From assembly GCA_965116885.1 (NCBI GenBank), contig OZ220741.1:3872001-3936000 (forward strand): a DNA stretch of 64,000 bases. The letters run 5' to 3'. Source of the DNA: Candidatus Latescibacterota bacterium. Lineage in GTDB: Bacteria > Latescibacterota > UBA2968. Position 1 is the stretch's first letter. Each line of letters starts with the position of its first letter. The notes under the pieces are model-generated. The model made no database searches. It worked only from the letters and a program-made list of their open reading frames with translations, and was not told the origin of the DNA. Position numbers and translations under genes: made by a program. Shown one piece after another: positions 41,146 through 49,240 of this stretch.

Positions 41146-42303
41146 ATGTTCTTAAAATTATTAAAACCAAAATGGGTGCTGGGTGTGATCTTCGCTTTAT
41201 TTTGTATTTTTAGCCCAATCACTTTGAAAGCGTCACTGACCGATTTTGATGGCAATGGCAAAGTCGATTTTGCCGATTTTCTACTTTTTGTAGCTGTATT
41301 TGGGCAATCGGCTGCTGGGCAAAATGCGATTTTCGATCTGGACACAAGTGGCAAAGTCGATTTTGGAGATTTTTTAATTTTTGCCAGTGCTTTTGGGCAA
41401 CCCGCCTCTGATCCTGTTCGCGGTGTTAGCACTCAGGGTTTTGCAACGCAAACAATTTCCAATCTGCTCGATTGTCCCGGGGGGCGTATAAGTCGTGTGG
41501 GGACCATTACATCTGACGATGGCAATGTGTGGATTATGCCCGCCGAGACGCTATACACAACCGCAAGACATGCATCGGATATGTATAACCAATGCACAGG
41601 TGTTTTCACTTCCAGTAGCAGTGCTCTCAATTTGTCGGCTGTGCCAGTTGTAGAGATCGATAGAGATGGTGAGACGATTACGGGATATATCTTTGCTGAC
41701 AATTACTTTGAGTTGTATGTGAACGGTATCTTGATCGCAGTTGATTCAGTTCCGTTCACACCGTTTAATTCGAGCATGGTTCGGTTTAAGGTTAAGCGAC
41801 CATTTACGATTGCAATGAAGTTGGTCGATTGGGAAGAGAATCTGGGGCTTGGCACAGAAGCTAATCGCAATTTTTTACACCATCCTGGAGATGGTGGTTT
41901 GGTAGCGAGTTTTCACGATGCCAATGGAAATACGGTTGCAATTACAAATGGTCAATGGAAAGCGCAGACTTTCTATATTGCACCCATTAGAGATTTGAGC
42001 TGTATTGTTGAGAAGGAGACCGAGCATTTGTCCGGCGACTGTGACACGCGGGGTACAAATGATGGGAGTCAATTTTACGCAATGCACTATCCCGTCCCAT
42101 CTAACTGGTCTGAAAGCGACTTTGATGATTCGGCCTGGCCACGGGCATATACTTATACAAATGCGACAGTTGGTGTGAACAACAAACCCGCATATACTAA
42201 TTTTACGGATCTATTTGATGATCCTGAGCACGATGCACAATTTATATGGTCATCGAATCTCATTTTGGACAATGAAGTGATTGTGCGATATACCGTAAAG
42301 TAG
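41146..42303 (+). CDS. Secreted dockerin-like-tagged protein with an uncharacterised beta domain
   Basis: Signal peptide, DFDGNGKVDFADFL and DLDTSGKVDFGDFL, then YIFADNYFELYVNG. Start at ATG 41146 after GGAGG. Confidence 0.85.
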   Translation: MFLKLLKPKWVLGVIFALFCIFSPITLKASLTDFDGNGKVDFADFLLFVAVFGQSAAGQNAIFDLDTSGKVDFGDFLIFASAFGQPASDPVRGVSTQGFATQTISNLLDCPGGRISRVGTITSDDGNVWIMPAETLYTTARHASDMYNQCTGVFTSSSSALNLSAVPVVEIDRDGETITGYIFADNYFELYVNGILIAVDSVPFTPFNSSMVRFKVKRPFTIAMKLVDWEENLGLGTEANRNFLHHPGDGGLVASFHDANGNTVAITNGQWKAQTFYIAPIRDLSCIVEKETEHLSGDCDTRGTNDGSQFYAMHYPVPSNWSESDFDDSAWPRAYTYTNATVGVNNKPAYTNFTDLFDDPEHDAQFIWSSNLILDNEVIVRYTVK

Positions 42304-42338
42304 TGTTATGCTAAGTCGATATTTGATTGGGAATTGTG

Positions 42339-42938
42339 ATGGCAGAACGAAATCTCTATAAAGAAAATCAAGACGAAGACTTTGATTTTAAGATACTTGT
42401 GGATCAATACCAGGAGCGTGTATTGAATTTGTGCTATCGGTTTGTCAACCATCGGGAAGATGCTGAAGATGTGGCGCAGGATGTATTTGTGGAAATCTAT
42501 CGCTCAATTGGAAATTTTCGGAACGATGCGAAGTTAAGTACCTGGATTCACCGTATTGCCGTTAATAAGTCGCTGGATTTTGTGCGAAAGAAAAATCGCA
42601 AAAAGCGCTTTGGACAGGTCAAATATTTCCTTGGGCTTGAGGAAGTGGAGAATCAGTTGCGCGCTTCTCCAGACTCTCAACCCGAGGTTGTGCTGGAGAC
42701 AAAGGAATGTGCTGCGATTTTGAGACAGGCTGTGGCGTCTTTGTCAAAAAAACAACGGACTGCTATAATTTTAAATAAGTTTGAGGGATTCAGCTATGCA
42801 GAAGTAGCCGATGTTATGGAGACAACTGTTTCGGCTGTTGATTCCCTCATTCAACGAGGCCTGAAGAATTTGCGAAAGAAACTATACAGATATTATGAGG
42901 AAGATTTTAAAAATAAAAAAATGCGAAGGGATCTATAA
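42339..42938 (+). CDS. ECF RNA polymerase sigma factor
   Basis: DAEDVAQDVF, STWIHRIAVN, region 4 GFSYAEVAD. Confidence 0.95.
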   Translation: MAERNLYKENQDEDFDFKILVDQYQERVLNLCYRFVNHREDAEDVAQDVFVEIYRSIGNFRNDAKLSTWIHRIAVNKSLDFVRKKNRKKRFGQVKYFLGLEEVENQLRASPDSQPEVVLETKECAAILRQAVASLSKKQRTAIILNKFEGFSYAEVADVMETTVSAVDSLIQRGLKNLRKKLYRYYEEDFKNKKMRRDL

Positions 42939-42952
42939 AAAATCACGTCTAA
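42924..42952 (+). promoter_or_regulatory. Putative ECF promoter CGAAGG-N16-CGTCTAA
   Basis: Same boxes and spacing as 43889-43917; directly upstream of the anti-sigma gene. Confidence 0.65.
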
Positions 42953-42975
42953 CTATAGATGAGGAAAGAAAGTCT

Positions 42976-43287
42976 ATGAGCCGGGAACGAAAAATAGAAG
43001 AAGCAGTTGAGCAAACGCTTCAGAGCTTTGAGTCTGCCGACAGACTGCAACCCTCGCCCTTTTTTTATACAAGGCTTCGGGCAAGGATTGAGGGGCTGCA
43101 TCGAGGTGCGACTCAACGGTATCGATTCGCATTTGGTGTGTTGAGATTCGTTTCTCTCTCGCTACTACTTATTTGGAATATTGTGACGGTGACCTACCTT
43201 ATTGGAAGCGATCAAACAGAAGCCTATGATCGAAGTGAGATGATTAGTGTATTTGCTGAACTTTATGTGCTTGAGGGAGACGAATAA
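42976..43287 (+). CDS. Putative single-TM anti-sigma factor
   Basis: Follows the ECF gene; PSPFFYTRLRARI followed by one TM helix. Confidence 0.75.
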   Translation: MSRERKIEEAVEQTLQSFESADRLQPSPFFYTRLRARIEGLHRGATQRYRFAFGVLRFVSLSLLLIWNIVTVTYLIGSDQTEAYDRSEMISVFAELYVLEGDE

Positions 43288-43299
43288 AAGGGTGCTTAT

Positions 43300-43833
43300 A
43301 TGAGCAACTTCTGGCAAAAGGGATTTGGTGCGTGGGCTATCGCATTGCTTCTTATTTTTAATATCTCTACACTGTCTCTATTGTGGTACAAAGAAATCAA
43401 CAAACCAACGCGACCGGTGAGAGGCCCTGCTAATGCGTTAGATAATAGGGAGAGAATGCTGCGATTTATTGAACGCGAACTCGATTTGAGTAAGGAACAA
43501 GCTCGAGAATTTAGAAAGCTACACAGTGTATATCTTCAGCAGAGCAAGGTGTTACGGGATGAAATTCGGGATTTGAAGCGAAATCAATTGCAAGTAGAGA
43601 TGTTTACAAGCAAGGCAGATACGCTCAAGATAAATCAGGCGGCCAGACGGATTGCCGATAAACAATTTGAATTTGAGAAACAGACCTTCTTACATTTTCA
43701 AAAATTGAAAGCCTTGATTGGCGAAGATCAGGAAGAGAGTTTGAAAGCCTTATTAGATGAAGTATTTATGAAGCAGGGCAATAGTCGTCCCCCAAGTCGT
43801 GGGCGATCTCGTCCTCCCAATAACGGCTCATAA
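43300..43833 (+). CDS. Spy/CpxP-like periplasmic (heavy-metal sensor-type) protein
   Basis: N-terminal membrane anchor, LDLSKEQ (LTxxQ-like), helical, HF..L..LI..DQ. Confidence 0.8.
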   Translation: MSNFWQKGFGAWAIALLLIFNISTLSLLWYKEINKPTRPVRGPANALDNRERMLRFIERELDLSKEQAREFRKLHSVYLQQSKVLRDEIRDLKRNQLQVEMFTSKADTLKINQAARRIADKQFEFEKQTFLHFQKLKALIGEDQEESLKALLDEVFMKQGNSRPPSRGRSRPPNNGS

Positions 43834-43849
43834 AATACAGTCCTTTTTG

Positions 43850-43885
43850 CAAAAAACTTGGCACTTGCCGAGTTTTTTGTTTTTT
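43850..43885 (+). terminator. Intrinsic terminator
   Basis: CAAAAAACTTGGC-actt-GCCGAGTTTTTTG followed by a T run. Confidence 0.75.
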
Positions 43886-43888
43886 GCC

Positions 43889-43917
43889 CGCAGGTTTTCT
43901 TCCTATCTGCCGTCTAA
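43889..43917 (+). promoter_or_regulatory. Putative ECF promoter CGCAGG-N16-CGTCTAA
   Basis: Second copy; immediately after the terminator and 43 nt before the 43961 start. Confidence 0.65.
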
Positions 43918-43960
43918 GCCTATAAGCCAGGGATAAATTGGAGACTACAGGAGGTGGCAA

Positions 43961-46555
43961 ATGATGAGGCAACAATTGAGGATGTTCGGATTGGTTTTTT
44001 GCATGATGAGTGTGTTGTGTACCAGTTATGCAGAAGGGCATATGCTCTACAGTGATGAAAGTGATGTGACAGATTTCAATGACGACGGAAAAACGGACTT
44101 CATTGATTTTGTCATGTTCGCGGCTGCATTTGGTTCGCAACAGATACAATTCGATTTAAATCAGAATGGTCTGGTGGATTTTCCCGACTTTCTTGTGTTT
44201 ATATCTGCATTTGGACAGCCCGGGTCTGGATCTTCTGGTGGCACGGATGGCGATGCCCCTGTGAGCGCACAAGCATTCCAGCATTTTGCGGATCGGCTAA
44301 ATATTCGGTGGGATGATGATTTTTTATATATCGAGTCCGACGCTTTTCCCGATCACCGCATGATGGTGGGGATTACAGCTTGGAATCAGCAGGTGCCTTT
44401 GCCGCAGCCTTATCAGGGCGATAATGCATGGCAGATTCCACTGAAACCCGCGGTTGCCGATGTGCCAGTTTATGCAAGCCAGACGCTGTTTCGGGGGGCT
44501 ATTGGTCTGGCTATTAACGGCGTGCCCATTTTTAATCCCATCAAACAGAATGGCCGCACCGACACGTATTTGGCTGGGGAGTTAGATGAATTTGGGGGGC
44601 ATGCCGGTCGTGCGGACGACTATCACTACCATATCGCGCCGTTGTTTCTTACAGAAAAAGTGGGCGATGCCGTACCTATTGCGTATGCCCTGGATGGGTA
44701 CCCGATGTATGGACTCAATGAACCCGATGGTACTCCGGCGAAAGATCTGGACGATTTGAACGGACATTTTGATGCAAATGGAAATTATCACTATCACAGC
44801 ACGCTGGATTATCCCTATGTCAATGGCGGATTTAAGGGTGTTATTGAACTTTTCAGAGGAGAAGAAGTCGCAAATCAACCCCGTACAAGGCCCGTTCGCC
44901 CTTCTGGGACGGGTATGAGGGCGAATATCACAGATTTTGTGAAAGGAACAGATGGCTGGTATCGGCTTACGTATGAGGCAAACGGTGGAATACACGCGAT
45001 TGCCTATTTTCTCAGACCAGATGGGGATTATGATTTTCAATTTATAGATGCCAGTGGCAATATCACGCGACAGACTTACCGCTCCAATGGGAGTGTTGAG
45101 GTAGAAGGCGATGCGGGAACGTCAGGCCAGAGCGGTGGGTCTGATGATTCAGGCCCCCAAACAGTAACCGATCCACCCGATACGGATTCCGATTCTTTGT
45201 TTGTTGCGTCCGAGTTGTTGGGACGACCAACCGATAGGTCCATAACTGTCAATGTGGTTCCATCAGCAGACCTGGAAATTTATCTGGAATACGGAACAGA
45301 ATCAGGTGTTTACACAAAGCAGACATCCGTGGTGGTGGGGACACGAAATACACCGATTGAAATTGCGATGGATGGGTTGCTTTCTAACACGCGGTATTAT
45401 TATCGAACGCGCTACCGGCGCGCAGGAGAAACAGAGTTCAAAAGGCGGGGCGAATATACGTTTCACACATATCGTTCACCGGGTACAACATTCACTTTTT
45501 CAATTCAGGCCTGCGCACATTTAGATGGTCGATCCAGTCTGGAACTCTATCATCGCTCGCTGGAAAATGTCGCAGCATATCAGTCCGATTTTCTCATTGA
45601 TCTCGGTGATACATTTATGTGCAACAAACACTCAGAACCACTTACGGCGACTGTAAGACCCGCACCCGATTACGCAACCGTTGAGCGTCGGTATTTGTAC
45701 GAGCGTGGAAATTTTGGAAAGATTACGCATTCTATTCCGCTGTTTCTCGTCAATGGCAACCACGATGGGGAAGAGGGGTGGTCCTTGAATGGTACGCCGA
45801 ACAATGTGGCTGTTTGGGCTACATTGGCGCGTAAAAAATATTATACGAATCCCGTACCAGATGTGTTCTACTCCGGAGGTTCCGATGAAGAGCCGTTTGT
45901 TGGCGTGAGAGAGAGTTATTATTCGTGGTCGTGGGGAGATGCGCTATTTGTTGTGATTGACCCTTATTGGTACACGACGACAAAGCCCAAACGCGGCGGC
46001 GTATCGGATAACTGGCGCTGGACCCTTGGCGAAAAGCAATATCAGTGGCTTCGACAAGTGCTGGAGGCGAGTGATGCGACCTTTAAATTTATCTTTTCAC
46101 ATCACCTGGTGGGGGGTATTCATACAGGAGAAGGACGCGGCGGTATTGAGATGGCTCCGTATTACGAATGGGGTGGTAAGAACAGAGACGACAGTTGGGG
46201 GTTTGACACAAAACGCGCGGGATGGGGCAAGCCTATTCATCAACTGATGGTGGAGAACAATGTGTCGGCTTTTTTTCACGGTCATGACCATGTGTTTGTG
46301 AAGCAGGAGTTAGATGGGGTGGTGTATCAAGTGTTGCCACAACCGAGTAACACCAATTATCGGAATGGTGACAAAATAGCTGCTGAAGGGGGATATTTTA
46401 GTGGTACTGTCCTGGGAAATTCTGGGCATTTGCGTGTAACTGTTTCTCCTGATGATGTTGTGGTAGAATACATCAGAGCTTATCTGCCAGGAGATGAAGG
46501 TGCTGGACGGGCAAATGGCGAGGTGAGCTATTCTTATCGGATAGAGAAAAAATGA
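43961..46555 (+). CDS. Secreted dockerin-like + YHYH + metallophosphoesterase fusion protein
   Basis: DFNDDGKTDFIDF/DLNQNGLVDFPDFL; GHAGRADDYHYH and NYHYH; Gly/Ser linker; DLGD, GNHD, FSHH, GHDH. Confidence 0.88.
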   Translation: MMRQQLRMFGLVFCMMSVLCTSYAEGHMLYSDESDVTDFNDDGKTDFIDFVMFAAAFGSQQIQFDLNQNGLVDFPDFLVFISAFGQPGSGSSGGTDGDAPVSAQAFQHFADRLNIRWDDDFLYIESDAFPDHRMMVGITAWNQQVPLPQPYQGDNAWQIPLKPAVADVPVYASQTLFRGAIGLAINGVPIFNPIKQNGRTDTYLAGELDEFGGHAGRADDYHYHIAPLFLTEKVGDAVPIAYALDGYPMYGLNEPDGTPAKDLDDLNGHFDANGNYHYHSTLDYPYVNGGFKGVIELFRGEEVANQPRTRPVRPSGTGMRANITDFVKGTDGWYRLTYEANGGIHAIAYFLRPDGDYDFQFIDASGNITRQTYRSNGSVEVEGDAGTSGQSGGSDDSGPQTVTDPPDTDSDSLFVASELLGRPTDRSITVNVVPSADLEIYLEYGTESGVYTKQTSVVVGTRNTPIEIAMDGLLSNTRYYYRTRYRRAGETEFKRRGEYTFHTYRSPGTTFTFSIQACAHLDGRSSLELYHRSLENVAAYQSDFLIDLGDTFMCNKHSEPLTATVRPAPDYATVERRYLYERGNFGKITHSIPLFLVNGNHDGEEGWSLNGTPNNVAVWATLARKKYYTNPVPDVFYSGGSDEEPFVGVRESYYSWSWGDALFVVIDPYWYTTTKPKRGGVSDNWRWTLGEKQYQWLRQVLEASDATFKFIFSHHLVGGIHTGEGRGGIEMAPYYEWGGKNRDDSWGFDTKRAGWGKPIHQLMVENNVSAFFHGHDHVFVKQELDGVVYQVLPQPSNTNYRNGDKIAAEGGYFSGTVLGNSGHLRVTVSPDDVVVEYIRAYLPGDEGAGRANGEVSYSYRIEKK

Positions 46556-47913
46556 CCAGATACACACAATGGGCTTTGGGTGCGGTCTTCGCTTTATTTT
46601 GCATTTTTAGCCCAATTACTTTGAAAGCGTCACAGCCTGATTTTGATGGAAATGGCAAGGTCGATTTTGCCGATTTTCTCGCCTTTGCTGGTGCTTTTGG
46701 CACCGATCAAGTCAAATTTGATCTCAATCAAAATGGGCAGGTAGATTTTCCTGACTTTCTAATATTTGTTAGAGCATATGGTGCGAATGGTGACACATCC
46801 TTACCCGAGCCGTCTGCATTTTACAAGCTACCAGATGATTGGCAGGTTGTACCTATAGAACAACAAAATTGTGCAAAAGAGGATCTTGTTGGTGTTGATC
46901 ATGTTTATGTTGAAACGGCATCAAAATTGTTGGTGTGGCTTACCGGCACGGTTGAAGATGCACATTATGAACCCATTGGTGAGGTGGCAAATTATTTTGG
47001 TTTTGCAGCACTCAGGAACGAGATTCGGGAACGCGATGGGAACAATGCAGATACCTCTTTTCGAGGTGCAGTCTATAAGGAAGTCCTGGAGCTTTTGGAT
47101 GATACTCAACGGTCGTTGTTATATGAATTATTGGCCGAACATCGAACGGCAATCAACGGATTTTTGGAAGACCGTGTTTTGTTGGTCGATGAATTGTGGC
47201 GTTTAAAAAATAACGTTACAATGGACTATGTTCGTGTGATGAACTTGATACAATCAATTGGGGAATACGAAGGTACCATTACGGTCATAACGGCCCAATA
47301 CTATGCAAAATTACTACCTCTTTTGAGCGCTGAACAGGTGCAATACTTAGAAAATATTCGTCGTGGCGTTGTCACCGTAGATCAGATGCAAAATACCTCA
47401 TTGCCATATGCTGCAGAAGCAAAAACTCAATTTAACGCACTTAGCCGTGATGATGCTACATTGATGCAGGAAGTGTCGAGCAAGTTCGTTGCCTGGGCAA
47501 CGGGTGATTTATATGACGCGCTCTTTTTGCCAAGAGGTAAAATTGGCAACTATTTTGGGTTTTCAAGCTTTCGGTATGTGGATCGAACATCAGTGAGTCG
47601 TGGGGGGGCTGCGGATTTGATCGACCAGGTATTAACCCCAGATCAACAAGCCATTCTTTGTGGTCTCTCGACTAATGTTGTGGGTTATACCCAGGATTAT
47701 GTTAATGGCCGAGCGACTTTGATCACGAAATTGGATGCTCTCAAAAAAGATCCTACGCTGCCAGTAGATCATCTTGTAACGGACTATGCTGACCTGGCTG
47801 GCCAGGGTGAGGGCCGCAGGGTAGTGGTAGAAGCATTAACATATCATCTCATAGAGTCTATGATGAGTGCAGAACAAATCCAAAGTCTTAAAGCACTTAG
47901 AGTCACAAATTAA
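46552..47913 (+). CDS. Secreted dockerin-like-tagged protein with a tandemly duplicated Spy/CpxP-like helical domain
   Basis: Signal peptide plus DFDGNGKVDFADFL; two internal repeats, each with NYFGF and LTxxQ-like motifs. Confidence 0.82.
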   Translation: MTRYTQWALGAVFALFCIFSPITLKASQPDFDGNGKVDFADFLAFAGAFGTDQVKFDLNQNGQVDFPDFLIFVRAYGANGDTSLPEPSAFYKLPDDWQVVPIEQQNCAKEDLVGVDHVYVETASKLLVWLTGTVEDAHYEPIGEVANYFGFAALRNEIRERDGNNADTSFRGAVYKEVLELLDDTQRSLLYELLAEHRTAINGFLEDRVLLVDELWRLKNNVTMDYVRVMNLIQSIGEYEGTITVITAQYYAKLLPLLSAEQVQYLENIRRGVVTVDQMQNTSLPYAAEAKTQFNALSRDDATLMQEVSSKFVAWATGDLYDALFLPRGKIGNYFGFSSFRYVDRTSVSRGGAADLIDQVLTPDQQAILCGLSTNVVGYTQDYVNGRATLITKLDALKKDPTLPVDHLVTDYADLAGQGEGRRVVVEALTYHLIESMMSAEQIQSLKALRVTN

Positions 47914-47952
47914 ACGATTCAGCTCAAATTTTTCTTTTATAGATTGGCAAAA

Positions 47953-48325
47953 GAACAACAAATCCGCATATACGAATTTTACAGATCTATTTGGTGCTCC
48001 AGAACGCGATGCACTCGTTTTTCATTTTCCACATTACGATATGGATCTCGCAGGGCCTGCATCGGCAATCATGTTGGGTGATTACAAGCTGATCAAGTTT
48101 TATGAGACCAATAAATTGCATCTGTTTGATCTGAGTAAGGATATAGGTGAGGAGAATGATCTGGCAGGTCGTAAACCCGAGGTTGTTGCGAAATTACATG
48201 GCCGACTGAATGAATATTTAGCATCCGTTGATGCCCAAATGCCCCGGCCCAATCCAAATTACGATCCGAGTAGTCCGGTCGGTGGGCGAAGGGAGAGAAA
48301 TAATCGGAGGCGAAGAACGCAGTAA
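47953..48325 (+). pseudogene. Chimeric remnant: 62 bp copy of 42177-42238 fused in frame to a sulfatase C-terminus
   Basis: NNKSAYTNFTDLFGAPERDA matches 41146-42303; LVFHFPHY...GDYKLIKFYET...SVDAQMPRPNPNY matches the 38183 sulfatase. Confidence 0.8.
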
Positions 48326-48608
48326 TCTTTGTCCCTGCGGCGGACAGATGGGCAAGTGGTACATATTTTTCACATAACCGCCCATTCATCGCTCAAAATG
48401 TACAGAGATTGTTCTGCGCCAAATAGACAATCCTTAAATTCAAGTTGAAAAAAAGGACGCAATACGGCATATTGAAGGCAAAATAAGGATATTTGATGCT
48501 GTCCATACCATTTGTCGTGCGATTCTGTGACATTGGCCCGATATTTGCTGGGGTTCTGACTGTTGCGTTTGTCCAAAATACGACCAACCCTCAGACCAAG
48601 CATTTCAC

Positions 48609-48990
48609 ATGGCAGAATTCGATACGATATCCAAACACCTGATTCAGAAATATCCCGACGACTTCTGATATCATATTGAAGGAGGGCATCATGGATCTGA
48701 TCCGCGAATCATCACTTTTTCAATCCCTTACTCAGCAAAGCAGAGACGAAAGTTTTGAACAGGGCAGAGAGGAAGGCAGAGAGGAGGGCATTGAGCAAGG
48801 GGGTAGAGAACGCGCTATTGAGGATATTCTCGACGTGCTGGAGATTCGATTTGATCTCCGTCAGACAGATCCCTTATCTGCTCGCATTTCAGCTATTGAA
48901 GATTTACAACGCCTCAAGCAGTTGCACCGTGTGGCCATACAGGTTTCCAATCTTGATGAATTTGAACGCATGTTAGATTCAACGGTGTGA
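48609..48990 (+). pseudogene. Rpn/YhgA-like gene with the nuclease core deleted; C-terminal part 48691-48990 intact with its own RBS
   Basis: MAEFDTISKHLIQKYPDDF* then, in another frame, AAGGAGG-ATG MDLIRESS...EQGREEGREEGIEQG...LEIRF. Confidence 0.7.
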
Positions 48991-48991
48991 T

Positions 48992-49240
48992 ATGAAAAAA
49001 ATATCATCATCCATCCCAATTTATACCATCGGTTACGGTAGCCGTTCCATTGAGCAATTCATCGAAGTACTACAACAACATGAAATTGCCTACCTTATCG
49101 ATGTGCGTTCAGCTCCTTATTCTCGCTATAAACCCGAATTTTCCAAAGAGGCACTGGAGGCGAAGCTGCAACAACACCGGATTCGGTATGTGTTCATGGG
49201 CGATACGTTGGGCGGGCACCCCGATGACGAAACTTGTTAT
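48992..49240 (+). pseudogene. DUF488-family gene, 5' fragment truncated by the IS
   Basis: IYTIGYG...LIDVRSAPYSRYKPEF...LGGHPDDETCY, then IS sequence. Confidence 0.85.

Noticed and set aside
48760..48800. GAGGAAGGCAGA-like tandem repeat
   Set aside because: It simply encodes the EEGR repeats typical of Rpn-like C-termini.
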